The notes: generated by a model from the sequence alone, not told the origin. A stretch of DNA of 64,000 bases from Candidatus Nanoarchaeia archaeon (GCA_028713895.1 JAQTNH010000001.1:661376-725375), one strand, 5' to 3'; shown: positions 9,738 through 18,858, counted from the first letter of the stretch. Numbers and translations are program-made.

Positions 9738-11006
9738 ATGAAATTTGTTCCAATCGGAGAAATCCTGAAAGGCGAGCATACTGGCAAAAAAGTCGCAATA
9801 CGCGGCTGGGTTCACAGGGAAAGAAAACAAAAAGCAGTTTCTTTCTTCCTGTTAAGAGATGATTCTGGGATAGTGCAGACTGCAATAAAACCCGAAAGCA
9901 AGTACTGGGATGAATCTCAGAAATTGACAATCGAGTCCTCAGCAGCAATAGAAGGGACTGTTAAGGAAGACAAGCGAGCTCCTGGAGGCTATGAAATCAG
10001 CGTTGACAAGCTTGAGGTTGTCGGAGTTGCAGAAAGATACCCGATTACAAAAGACCAGAGCGAAGAATTCCTTAGGGATGTGCGCCATCTTTGGATACGC
10101 AGCAGAAAAATGACTTTAGTCCTTAAAATAAGGGCGGCTGTGTTCGAGGCTGTGCATGAGTTCTACAAACAGAAAGGATATTTTGAGATACAGTCACCGA
10201 GCTTTACAGGAAGCGCGTGTGAAGGCGGCTCAACACTGTTCGAAGTGAAATACTTTGACCAGAAAGCATATCTTACGCAGAGCTGGCAGCTGTATGCAGA
10301 AGCAATGATTTTCTCACTGCAGAAAATTTACTGCATTGCACCAAGCTACAGGGCGGAAAAATCAAGGACACGAAGGCACCTTGCAGAGTACTGGCACCAT
10401 GAGATGGAAACAGCATGGATGGGATTCGAGGAACTGATGGGGTTCGAGGAAGAAATGATTACATTTATTGCGCATTATGTTGCAGAGAAATGCGAGACTG
10501 ACCTGAAAGAGCTTGGCAGAGATGTTGAGGCACTGAAGAAGTTCAAAGGGCCTTTCATACGGATGAGGTACGAGGAAGCAATAAAAATACTCGGGCAAAA
10601 GTGGGGCTATGACCTGACTGACGAGGACGAGCGAAAGCTTGTTGCAGACGCTGGCAAGCCAATATTTTTGACGCACTTTCCGCGCGAGATGAAAGCGTTC
10701 TACATGAAGGTTGACCAAAAAGACAGGAGAGTTGTGCTTGGCGCTGATTTGCTCATGCCTGGAGTCGGCGAAACAATAGGCGGAAGCGAGAGAATTTCAG
10801 ACTCCAAAGAGCTTGAGGATTCGCTGAAACTATTTAAACTCAAGAAAGAGGACTACAGCTGGTACATGGATTTGAGAAAATACGGCACTGTCCCGCACTC
10901 CGGGTTCGGGCTGGGCATGGAGCGACTTGTAATGTGGCTTGCATCTGCAGAACACATAATGGACACAATCCCGTTCCCAAGGACAATGACGCGATTGTAT
11001 CCGTGA
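9738..11006 (+). CDS. asnS: asparaginyl-tRNA synthetase
   Basis: Class IIb core with archaeal AsnRS signatures: YRAEKSRTRRHLAEYWHHE, GGSERI and WYMDLRKYGTVPHSGFGLGMERLV...FPRT..RLYP. I prefer the ATG at 9738 over the track's GTG at 9663. Confidence 0.85.
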   Translation: MKFVPIGEILKGEHTGKKVAIRGWVHRERKQKAVSFFLLRDDSGIVQTAIKPESKYWDESQKLTIESSAAIEGTVKEDKRAPGGYEISVDKLEVVGVAERYPITKDQSEEFLRDVRHLWIRSRKMTLVLKIRAAVFEAVHEFYKQKGYFEIQSPSFTGSACEGGSTLFEVKYFDQKAYLTQSWQLYAEAMIFSLQKIYCIAPSYRAEKSRTRRHLAEYWHHEMETAWMGFEELMGFEEEMITFIAHYVAEKCETDLKELGRDVEALKKFKGPFIRMRYEEAIKILGQKWGYDLTDEDERKLVADAGKPIFLTHFPREMKAFYMKVDQKDRRVVLGADLLMPGVGETIGGSERISDSKELEDSLKLFKLKKEDYSWYMDLRKYGTVPHSGFGLGMERLVMWLASAEHIMDTIPFPRTMTRLYP

Positions 11007-11014
11007 GGGTGTAA

Positions 11015-11491
11015 ATGATAATACGCAAGGCAACGCAAAAGGATGCAAAGGCAATCGTGAACCTGATGAATGACCTAGTTAAGCACCACAGTTCTTTTAA
11101 TGACGTTTATTACGATACAAATGAACTTGCAAAAAACTGGAAAACCATTTATCTTAAAAAAGTAAAGACAAAAATAAGATCCAAAAAGACTATAGTTCTT
11201 GTTGCTGAAGAAAACGGAAAAGTTGTAGGTTATGTGGATGGTTCGCTTAAGCCAAGATTCCTGTTTAACAAAAATCTGACACTGGACATAGACAACATCA
11301 GTATTGCAGAAGGATACCGCGGAAAAGGCATCGGAACAAAGCTGATGAAAGCAATTTTTAAGATAGGCAAAAAGCGAAAGGCATTTTGCGCATGGCTTGG
11401 AGTCAGGGCCCAGAACAAAAAGGGGAGAAAGTTCTATAAAAAGCTGGGGTTTAAAGATTCAATGATAAATGTTGTCAAAAAACTGAGGTGA
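11015..11491 (+). CDS. GNAT family N-acetyltransferase
   Basis: Acetyl-CoA motif RGKGIGTKLM within a 158-aa protein. Confidence 0.8.
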   Translation: MIIRKATQKDAKAIVNLMNDLVKHHSSFNDVYYDTNELAKNWKTIYLKKVKTKIRSKKTIVLVAEENGKVVGYVDGSLKPRFLFNKNLTLDIDNISIAEGYRGKGIGTKLMKAIFKIGKKRKAFCAWLGVRAQNKKGRKFYKKLGFKDSMINVVKKLR

Positions 11492-11497
11492 ACAATA

Positions 11498-12115
11498 ATG
11501 GATATCATTTCAAATGTTACGGCAAATCTTGACCAGCTTACGCTGTCAAGCCTTTCATTTACAGACGCATTTACATTTTTGCCGCCTTTGGCAATCTTCA
11601 TAGGCGCAATCCTTGTTTACGCTGTTTTCGTTTTTAATTTTTACAATTTCATGTCAAAGAAGGAAATATTCAAATTTGAAATGACGCAGGCAGGCAGCCA
11701 TTTGCGCAAAGGATTTGACGTGTTTAGCTATATATTAAAACACATTGTAATATTCCCTGTCATAGTTTCGTTCTGCTTTCTTGTGCTGGTGGTATTCTTT
11801 TCTTTCCTGTCTAAGAACCAGAGCGTTGAAACAATACTTCTTATTGCAATGACTCTTGTGGCAACAATAAGAATAACTTCATATTTCAACGAGGCGCTTT
11901 CAAAAGAACTGGCAAAGATGATTCCAATCGCCTTGCTTGGCGTTTTCCTTGTGGACATGGGATATTTTTCCCTTGAGAGCTCGCTTGCAACGCTGGCTGC
12001 AGTCCCGACTTTTGTACGCACAATAGTGTATTATATTGGCTTTGTAGTTGGCATTGAAATACTGCTCAGATGCATTTCGCTCATACCTTTCGGCAAGAAA
12101 CATAACAAAAGCTAA
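11498..12115 (+). CDS. integral membrane protein
   Basis: 205 aa with several hydrophobic helices. No family recognised. Confidence 0.5.
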   Translation: MDIISNVTANLDQLTLSSLSFTDAFTFLPPLAIFIGAILVYAVFVFNFYNFMSKKEIFKFEMTQAGSHLRKGFDVFSYILKHIVIFPVIVSFCFLVLVVFFSFLSKNQSVETILLIAMTLVATIRITSYFNEALSKELAKMIPIALLGVFLVDMGYFSLESSLATLAAVPTFVRTIVYYIGFVVGIEILLRCISLIPFGKKHNKS

Positions 12116-12147
12116 ATTTTTTATAATACCCTGCCCTTATTGTTTGC

Positions 12148-12396
12148 ATGGCAAAAACAAGAGTAGGCAAAATAAGCCACTATTTTTCTAAAATCGGCGT
12201 TGCTGTTGTCGAGGTAGAAGCGCCACTTAAAGTAGGAGATAAAATCTCAATCGAGGGCGGAACAACAAAGTTTGAGCAGACAGTCTCCTCGATGCAGGTT
12301 GACAGGGAAGCAATCAAGTCAGCAAAAAAAGGCGACTCAGTCGGAATGAAGGTTGACAGCGAAGTAAAGCCGGGCGACGTGGTTTACAAGCTCTGA
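12148..12396 (+). CDS. small EF-Tu domain-2-like beta-barrel protein
   Basis: 82 aa. The pattern KISHYFSKIGVAVVE...GD.I...G resembles the translation-factor domain II fold. Confidence 0.4.
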   Translation: MAKTRVGKISHYFSKIGVAVVEVEAPLKVGDKISIEGGTTKFEQTVSSMQVDREAIKSAKKGDSVGMKVDSEVKPGDVVYKL

Positions 12397-12442
12397 TAGT
12401 GGCTGATTTTTGGAAGCATTAATATATAGTGTGAACAAGAAG

Positions 12443-12606
12443 TGCTCCGACCGGGACATTCACAACTTTCCGCCAACGCTTTTAGCGAAGCGCGAAAGGG
12501 TTGATTTGAACCCGGGTCTTCGGATGTCTTCAGCCTTTCCGCAAGCGCTTTGCCTGCAAAGGGCTTCGAGAGTCCGAAATCCTTGACCGGACTAGACAAT
12601 CGGAGC
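12443..12606 (-). tRNA. tRNA-Glu(CUC) with two introns
   Basis: I folded it manually. Acceptor GCTCCGA/TCGGAGC, anticodon stem TCGGA/TCCGA and loop CTCTCG-A. The T arm CCGGG-TTCAAAT-CCCGG is interrupted. Intron 1 is 12526-12566 (41 nt, canonical 37/38 position). Intron 2 is 12456-12503 (48 nt, T-loop/T-stem junction). The mature length is 75 nt. Confidence 0.8.
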
Positions 12607-12652
12607 ACTAATAAGAAAAAGGTTAAATATTGGTTAAAAACTTTACTATAGC

Positions 12653-13807
12653 ATGGTTAAGGTGACTAAATCTAAGGAAAGTCTTTTTCCGAAGCTTACA
12701 GCATTGGCGCTGATAATCGGAACTTCAATCGGAGCCGGAATTCTCGGGCTCCCGTATCTATTCGCAAAATCAGGGTTCTTGGGCGGAGCAATAACACTTG
12801 TTGTTGTCGGGATAGCCATGACCCTTGTAACTCTTTATTTTGGAGAGATTTCATTGCGTACAAAAGAGAATTATCACCTTTCAGGGTTCGCAAAAAAATA
12901 CCTGGGCAACAAATGGAAATATATTGTTCTTGCAGTTGAGACAATCGGAATCTATGCAATCCTTATCGCATACCTGATTGGAATCGGGATGGTTGCATCA
13001 CAGATTTTTGGCATAAATGCAACCATTGCGTCAACAATATTTTTTGTGCTCGTTGCTTTGGCAGTGTTCTTTGGCTATGAACGCACAAGCAGGACAGAAT
13101 TCCTGTTTACATTTTTGAAAATTGCACTGCTTGTGGCTATAATCGCATTTATACTGCCTGGGGCAAAGACAGCAAATCTTGGAACTGGCTTTGACTGGAC
13201 AACAGCGCTCATCCCGATAGGAGTGGCGATTTTCGCATTCAACTGCTATACTGTACTCCCTGAGATAGAGACAAAAATTCTGCATAAAGACAAAAAGTCA
13301 ATCTGGTACATTGTTATTGCAGGAATGGCAATAGTCCTGCTGTTTTATCTCGTATTCAGCTATGTTTTCCTGGGAAACTTTGGAACCGGCGTTTCAGAGG
13401 TTGCAACAAATTCGCTGATTGGAAAACTTGCCTGGGCAGGAGCGCTGTTTGTGCTCATCACGCTCGTGACTCCATTTATAGCATTGACATCAGTAATCAA
13501 GGATATTTACACGCATGACCTGAATATTGACAGAAGATTCTCGTGGTTCCTTGCATGCTTTGTCCCGTACATGATTTTCCTTTATGGAGGATTCTCATTT
13601 GTGAGCCTGATAAGCTATGCAGGAGTGTTCGCATTCGGACTTCTTGGAGTAATAACAGTATACACGCTTTACAAGGCAAGGCAGAACAAGCCTGAAGTTG
13701 TGCCAGGATACGTAGTTCCGGGAGGAGTCGCACTAATGGCCCTAACTGCCCTGGTCTTTGTCGCGGCAATTGTTTACCAGTTGCTGCTTTTTGTAGGAAT
13801 TGTGTAG
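12653..13807 (+). CDS. amino acid permease (aromatic amino acid/AAAP-type transporter)
   Basis: 384 aa with about 11 TM helices and the N-terminal motif IGAGILGLPY. It is a paralog of 15696-16829. Confidence 0.75.
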   Translation: MVKVTKSKESLFPKLTALALIIGTSIGAGILGLPYLFAKSGFLGGAITLVVVGIAMTLVTLYFGEISLRTKENYHLSGFAKKYLGNKWKYIVLAVETIGIYAILIAYLIGIGMVASQIFGINATIASTIFFVLVALAVFFGYERTSRTEFLFTFLKIALLVAIIAFILPGAKTANLGTGFDWTTALIPIGVAIFAFNCYTVLPEIETKILHKDKKSIWYIVIAGMAIVLLFYLVFSYVFLGNFGTGVSEVATNSLIGKLAWAGALFVLITLVTPFIALTSVIKDIYTHDLNIDRRFSWFLACFVPYMIFLYGGFSFVSLISYAGVFAFGLLGVITVYTLYKARQNKPEVVPGYVVPGGVALMALTALVFVAAIVYQLLLFVGIV

Positions 13808-13948
13808 TCATTGCAAGAAGAGCTCTTCAACATTTCCGCATTTTTTGCAGAACATCTCTTCTTCGCGTCCTTCTGTCTTTGCCAGCTTATTTGAGCCGCA
13901 TGCCGAACAGTACAACTTTTTCAAAATCTCTAAATTGATTTTCGACAT
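13808..13948 (-). CDS. small zinc-ribbon protein (46 aa)
   Basis: Not in the track. My translation is MSKINLEILKKLYCSACGSNKLAKTEGREEEMFCKKCGNVEELFLQ, with two CxxC pairs. It sits between the permease and pelota. Confidence 0.4.
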   Translation of the reverse strand: MSKINLEILKKLYCSACGSNKLAKTEGREEEMFCKKCGNVEELFLQ

Positions 13949-14031
13949 AGTTACACCCGTAATTTCACTTAATACAATAAGTGGTTATAAAGTTTTTGTC
14001 ACCAATTTTAAACATCATACTTTTAGAAATT

Positions 14032-15102
14032 TTATCCAATCGGGAACCTGAGCATTGCTGCGACTTCAATCTTGCTGAAACGCTCGCCAGATTCGTGCTC
14101 GTCAGAAATTATCATTATGCGGGCGCCGCCGGACTCTGCATTCCGCATCAGCTGGTCAATAACCTCAAATGTCCCTGCTTCGCGGTGCTTTGAAATCGCG
14201 TAATCAGAAACCAGCAGGAGGTCAACTGCGCCAAATTCAACAGCTTTTTGGACGTCTTCAACCCCATAAACTGCAAACTGGCTGCTTTTTGAGACTTCTC
14301 CAAAGAAACGCTCAATTATCTGTGTTTCTTCCTGCACGCGGCTGCCTTTTACAACTTTGTCAACCTCGCCGCGTTTTATTATCTCATTAATTCCCGGCTT
14401 TCCTGCGCTGGATATTTTGACAAAAACAATCCTTTTTTTAAGCTCAGGCATGCGTTCAAGGGATTTTTCAAAATTTTCTGCAAAAAATCCAGGGCCTCCC
14501 AGAATTATTTTTCCAATGCCCTGCGACTTTGAGATTTCATCAAGCATTTTTGCGAGCTCTTCCATGAATGCGGAGCGGGACTTGTCATACTCCTTCATTG
14601 TTTCTTTTTTCTTGCCTGGCAGGGATTTGCTTAGTTCGCTTATGTGTTCAATTCCAAACTCGCGGAGCACTGCGATGTCTGCCTCGCCGTAATCAGCTGC
14701 GCAAAGAAGAAGCCGCGGCTGTTTTGACGCTGCTTCTGCGTCTTTCAAGCGTTCCAAATGCCATTTCTGGAAAACTTTAAAAATTTCAAGAGTGCGCCCA
14801 GGGCCTATGCTAAGAGCGTGATACTCTCCGTGCGGAACATCCTCATTTGAGGACTCAGATATTGTGCCAAGAATCCTGAGAGTGTCGCCGTGTTTTTTGA
14901 ACTCAACCTTCTCGACGCCAAGCCTGACATAAATCTTTTTGCGGATTCCTTCCTGCCCCTCTTCTTTTTTAGTGATGCGGGTTGTTTCTCCTGCAACAGC
15001 ATCAAGAGGCTCGATTATGCGCGACAGTATCCACAAGTCATCAAGATTATCAACCCTGACTTTGATTGAATTGTTCTTCAGGTCCTGGCTTAAAATCTTC
15101 AT
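14032..15102 (-). CDS. pelA: Pelota (mRNA surveillance / ribosome rescue factor)
   Basis: 356 aa with a typical Pelota N-terminus (DDLWILSRII) and an eRF1-like domain layout. Confidence 0.9.
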   Translation of the reverse strand: MKILSQDLKNNSIKVRVDNLDDLWILSRIIEPLDAVAGETTRITKKEEGQEGIRKKIYVRLGVEKVEFKKHGDTLRILGTISESSNEDVPHGEYHALSIGPGRTLEIFKVFQKWHLERLKDAEAASKQPRLLLCAADYGEADIAVLREFGIEHISELSKSLPGKKKETMKEYDKSRSAFMEELAKMLDEISKSQGIGKIILGGPGFFAENFEKSLERMPELKKRIVFVKISSAGKPGINEIIKRGEVDKVVKGSRVQEETQIIERFFGEVSKSSQFAVYGVEDVQKAVEFGAVDLLLVSDYAISKHREAGTFEVIDQLMRNAESGGARIMIISDEHESGERFSKIEVAAMLRFPIG

Positions 15103-15168
15103 AAATATAACAAACAGCCTGTCCTTTTTAAAGCAAACTTTTTATAATCATGTGTCCTAAGGCAAGAC

Positions 15169-15660
15169 ATGACAAAAAGTGAAATAGGGGTCGGCGATGC
15201 AATAAAACTTATCATAAGCCTGTTCTTCCCTATTTATGCAGGAGTTTTTGGGGCGATAATAACAAGTTTTACTGTAACAACATGGTATGCTGCCCTGAAC
15301 AAACCTTTTTTCAGCCCTCCAGGCTGGATTTTCGGGCCTGTGTGGACAATACTTTACATTTTGATGGGCGTTTCATTGTTCTTGGTATGGCGAAAAGGAA
15401 TCAACAGCGAAGCAGCACGGATGGCAATCGCAATCTTTGCATGCCAGCTTGCAGTGAACATGTTTTGGTCATTTGCATTCTTCGGGTTCATGGCGCCATT
15501 AGTGGCTTTGGTTACAATACTCCTTTTGTGGGGGCTTATACTGCTGATGATAGTCAACTTTTATCACATATCAAAAGCAGCAGCGATAATGAACATTCCA
15601 TACTTATTGTGGGTTTCATTCGCGACAATACTAAACATCGCGATTGTTGTGCTTAACTAG
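15169..15660 (+). CDS. tspO: TspO/MBR tryptophan-rich sensory protein
   Basis: 163 aa with 5 TM helices and the motif WYAALNKPFFSPPGWIFGPVWTILY. Confidence 0.85.
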   Translation: MTKSEIGVGDAIKLIISLFFPIYAGVFGAIITSFTVTTWYAALNKPFFSPPGWIFGPVWTILYILMGVSLFLVWRKGINSEAARMAIAIFACQLAVNMFWSFAFFGFMAPLVALVTILLLWGLILLMIVNFYHISKAAAIMNIPYLLWVSFATILNIAIVVLN

Positions 15661-15695
15661 AAGACTTTTAATATCAGCAAATTCTGATTTTAATT

Positions 15696-16829
15696 ATGGT
15701 GAAAAAGTCAAATCTGAATTTTTTTATTGCGACAGCACTAATAATAGGCACAATCTTTGGCGCTGGAGTCTTCGGGATACCTTACGCAGTATCAAAAGCA
15801 GGATTCCCGCTCGGGCTCATACTTATTGTTGTGCTTGGGATTGCGGTAACCCTGATGACGCTTTATATGGCTGAAGTCGTGCTGCGGACAAATAAAACAA
15901 AGCAGTTCGTGGGTTTGGCTGAAAAATATCTTGGAAAACCCGGCAAGTCCCTTATGTTTTTGAGCACAGTAATTGGGATGATTGGAGTCCTTACCGCATA
16001 TCTTGTCGGAATAGGAAACACAGCCCACACGCTGTTCGGGTTCGGCTCACCGCTGATTTTCACATTTGCGTTCTTCGCAATAGCATCGTTCCTTATTTAT
16101 TTTGGATTGAAAAGCATTGGAAAAGCCATGCTGGTTCTTACCTCAGTTCTCATTGCGGTAATTTTGATTGTATGTTTCATAATGTTCCCGAACATAAACG
16201 CCCAGAATGTGGGCTATATTGATACAAACAACTTCTTTTTTCCGTTCGGTATAATACTTCTTGCGCTGCTCGGGTACTCGATTATCCCTGAAGTTGAGAT
16301 TGTCCTTAAGAATGAAAAGAAGAAAATGCTTGGCGCAATAATACTTGCATCTGCGGCTTGTATCACAATCTATGTCCTTTTCACGCTGGCTGTGCTGGGA
16401 GCTTATGGCAGCAGTGTTGCAGAGATTGCAACGATGTCTTTTACAGGGCTTCCGAAGATACTCGGGAACCTTGTTGCACTGGCTGCAATGTCAGCCGCAT
16501 TCCTTTCGCTCGGCACCGTAATGACAGATGTTTTTGTTTATGATTTGAAACTCAAACGCTGGCTTGCATGGCTTATTGCATGTTTTGTGCCGCTCGGACT
16601 GCTTGTTGTTTTTTCACCGAGCTTTATCACAATGCTGGATATTGTCGGAATCTATTCAGGCGGGCTAACCGGGGTGCTTGCTGCGCTTATGGTGCTTAAG
16701 GCGCGAAAAAAAGGGGATGTCAAGCCTGCATTTGTCGTGCCTGGAGGAAAACCCCTGATATATGCGGTGCTTTTGCTTTTCCTGTTTGGGATGGTTTACC
16801 AGACACTTGTTTTTGCAGGCGTGATTTAA
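15696..16829 (+). CDS. amino acid permease (paralog of 12653-13807)
   Basis: 377 aa with the same N-terminal motif (GAGVFGIPY) and the same C-terminal PGG motif as its paralog. Confidence 0.75.
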   Translation: MVKKSNLNFFIATALIIGTIFGAGVFGIPYAVSKAGFPLGLILIVVLGIAVTLMTLYMAEVVLRTNKTKQFVGLAEKYLGKPGKSLMFLSTVIGMIGVLTAYLVGIGNTAHTLFGFGSPLIFTFAFFAIASFLIYFGLKSIGKAMLVLTSVLIAVILIVCFIMFPNINAQNVGYIDTNNFFFPFGIILLALLGYSIIPEVEIVLKNEKKKMLGAIILASAACITIYVLFTLAVLGAYGSSVAEIATMSFTGLPKILGNLVALAAMSAAFLSLGTVMTDVFVYDLKLKRWLAWLIACFVPLGLLVVFSPSFITMLDIVGIYSGGLTGVLAALMVLKARKKGDVKPAFVVPGGKPLIYAVLLLFLFGMVYQTLVFAGVI

Positions 16830-16875
16830 AAACATATAAAAATGCCCATCTTTTAGGATAGGTTGGTGAGATGAC

Positions 16876-17493
16876 ATGGTAGACTATAGTAATGCGCTTA
16901 AACGGCCGTTCAGTGACATAAAAAAACTCCTTATAGCAATACTCCTCAGCGTCATCCCAATTATTAGCTTCATGTTTACAGGATACATCCTGGATGTTGC
17001 CAAGACTGCGATGAAAAAGAAGTACAAACTTCCAGAATGGAGATACGGAACTAACTTTGTTCATGGGCTTATTTCATTCGTTATCAGTCTTATTTACATG
17101 CTTCCGTTCCTGATAATTACGATGCTGTTCATTGTCCTTATTACTATTTTTGAGAATAACACAGCTGGAACACTGATAACAATCCTTGTTTTTGTTGTGA
17201 TTGCAACATTATACAGCATTTTAATCATCGGAGCAACCATGCGATATGCGGAGACAAGAAAGTTTGGCGCTGCATTCGAGTTTGGGGCTATAATCAAAAA
17301 AACATTCAGCCAAAAATTCATTGTAGCCCTTTGTGTTGCAGGACTCATCTCATTTTTAGTTGCACTGGCTGTTGCAATGTTGCTGCTTTTGGTGCCCATA
17401 CCATTCGTACCGCTTTTGGTTTCAGTTTCAATGGGAACTGCGCTTTCAATATTCATGTACACTGTCTTGGGACAGGCGTACGCTGAAAAATAA
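16876..17493 (+). CDS. membrane protein (DUF4013-like)
   Basis: The N-terminus LKRPFSD.KKLLI and the KLPEW motif resemble DUF4013. It has multiple TM helices. Confidence 0.5.
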   Translation: MVDYSNALKRPFSDIKKLLIAILLSVIPIISFMFTGYILDVAKTAMKKKYKLPEWRYGTNFVHGLISFVISLIYMLPFLIITMLFIVLITIFENNTAGTLITILVFVVIATLYSILIIGATMRYAETRKFGAAFEFGAIIKKTFSQKFIVALCVAGLISFLVALAVAMLLLLVPIPFVPLLVSVSMGTALSIFMYTVLGQAYAEK

Positions 17494-17518
17494 TCTTTAA
17501 ATTCAAGGAGGAAACAAC

Positions 17519-17839
17519 ATGGCGAAAGGAAAAGTAGGAGAGTCCCAGATTTGGGCATTTTTGGCAGTATTTTTAGGCATCATTGGATTTATCCTGGTAT
17601 TGCTGACACAGAAAAAAGACAAGTATGCAATGTTTTATGCAAAACAAAGCCTTGTATTGATGATAGCATGGGTTATTTCATTTGTAATTGCAATAATCCC
17701 GGTACTAGGCTGGATAGTGTCCCCAATTATAGCGTTGGTAATATTCGTGCTGTGGATAATAGCAATAATAAACACATTCTCAGGCACAGAGAAACTGACA
17801 CCAATAATCGGGAAATTTGCAGAGAAGTTTAACTTTTAA
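17519..17839 (+). CDS. small membrane protein (DUF4870-like)
   Basis: 106 aa with 3 TM helices and a YAKQSL motif. Confidence 0.4.
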   Translation: MAKGKVGESQIWAFLAVFLGIIGFILVLLTQKKDKYAMFYAKQSLVLMIAWVISFVIAIIPVLGWIVSPIIALVIFVLWIIAIINTFSGTEKLTPIIGKFAEKFNF

Positions 17840-17845
17840 ACTGCC

Positions 17846-18021
17846 CTTTCTTTTTTTCAAAAAGAAAGCGTAAGTTGCGGAAAGAAAAATTTGTTTTCTT
17901 CCGTTATTTTTTCTTTTTTATTTTTTCCGTCTTTTTCTCTTTAATAAAGAGAAAAATATAGGCTGTCAAAAAGAGAAATGCGTGCTTTTCTTCCATTAAT
18001 GCTTCTTTTCTGGAAAAGAAG
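17846..18021. repeat. array of polypyrimidine-polypurine hairpins (CTTTCTTTT..AAAAGAAAG type)
   Basis: Stems read directly: 17846-17868 (10 bp), 17878-17903 (10 bp with a bulge), 17932-17956 (11 bp) and 18002-18021 (9 bp). A weaker one lies near 17971-17996. Confidence 0.6.
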
Positions 18022-18026
18022 GATTA

Positions 18027-18110
18027 TGCGGGGGAAGGGATTCGAACCCTCGAACTCACTAAGAGACTAGGCCCTGAACCTAGCACCTTTGACCGCTTGG
18101 CTACCCCCGC
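18027..18110 (-). tRNA. tRNA-Leu(CAG)
   Basis: Acceptor GCGGGGG/CCCCCGC, anticodon arm CTAGG-TTCAGGG-CCTAG, a long variable arm and T loop TTCGAAT. It is 84 nt with no intron. Confidence 0.9.
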
Positions 18111-18158
18111 AGCCACTATAATTTTTTGAACAGCATGTATAATTAAGCTTTTCTTTTA

Positions 18159-18374
18159 TTAGGACCTGCCAATGAATTCGAATCGTGGTTTTTTGATTCC
18201 GTCAACAATCACAGCCCCTTTAAACATTTTTAGCGGCCTCACCCAAATCTGATGTTCGCCATACAATGCCTGATAAACAACCAATTCTTCCTGCGTTTCA
18301 CTGTGTTTTGCTACGCCTAAGACTTCGTATTCATCGCCTTTGTAATGCCTGTACTTACCGCGTTTAATCTCCAT
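18159..18374 (-). CDS. DUF1653 family protein
   Basis: 71 aa with the pattern YRHYKG..YEV.GVAKHSET.EELVVYQALYG....WVRPL.MF. Confidence 0.7.
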   Translation of the reverse strand: MEIKRGKYRHYKGDEYEVLGVAKHSETQEELVVYQALYGEHQIWVRPLKMFKGAVIVDGIKKPRFEFIGRS

Positions 18375-18398
18375 AATTGCTCACATTACCCGATAGAT

Positions 18399-18529
18399 TG
18401 CGGGGGAAGAGATTCGAACTCTCGAAGGGACTAACCCACAGGGTGTCTTAGAGTTCTTTCCACGAGTGCTTTCTTCGCAAGAAAGGACTCTCCTAAACCC
18501 TGCCCGTTTGACCGCTCCGGCACCCCCGC
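18399..18529 (-). tRNA. tRNA-Leu(UAG) with a canonical-position intron
   Basis: The architecture matches tRNA-Leu(CAG). Anticodon stem CAGGG/CCCTG and loop TTTAGG-A. The intron is 18445-18491 (47 nt) and the mature length is 84 nt. Confidence 0.85.
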
Positions 18530-18537
18530 TTGAATCA

Positions 18538-18822
18538 TTAACTCTTTTTATTCCTTTTTTTGCTTTTCGGCTCGACAACATATTCATAGTAAAGAGCAAT
18601 GCAGAGCTGGGCAAAAATGAATCCGTTTACTGCAATAAAAACGAAATCTGCCTTTATTATGCTGTAAGCCAAAAGAAGTGTTGTGCCTAACAGCGCGATT
18701 TTTGCAAAGTTCGGGTTGAGCTTTGATTCACGTATCCTGATTATTTCAATTATCTCTGGAATCCATGCGGCTGCCAAAACCACAGCGCCCGCAATTCCAA
18801 TGATTTGCATCAATTCAACCAT
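18538..18822 (-). CDS. small 3-TM membrane protein
   Basis: 94 aa with three hydrophobic helices, a size like PQ-loop/SemiSWEET proteins. No family assignment is possible from the sequence alone. Confidence 0.4.
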   Translation of the reverse strand: MVELMQIIGIAGAVVLAAAWIPEIIEIIRIRESKLNPNFAKIALLGTTLLLAYSIIKADFVFIAVNGFIFAQLCIALYYEYVVEPKSKKRNKKS

Positions 18823-18858
18823 AACTGTTCAAGACACTAAATCTTTAAATTTGTTTCA

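Noticed and set aside
12478-12492. A shared 13-mer, TTTTAGCGAAGCG, between the tRNA-Glu T-loop intron and the 25455 region
   Set aside because: Exact 13-mer matches are expected by chance many times in 64 kb on two strands, and no extended similarity flanks it.
12384-12608. Track ORFs covering tRNA genes (12384-12608, 18381-18614, 18466-18690, 30150-30443, 30214-30522, 30504-30746)
   Set aside because: The same DNA folds into complete tRNA cloverleaves (Glu, Leu, Gly, Gly), so the ORFs are incidental.
17846-18021. Possible CRISPR array
   Set aside because: The elements are individual inverted repeats (hairpins) with different sequences and spacings. There is no direct repeat of constant length with unique spacers, and no cas genes are nearby.
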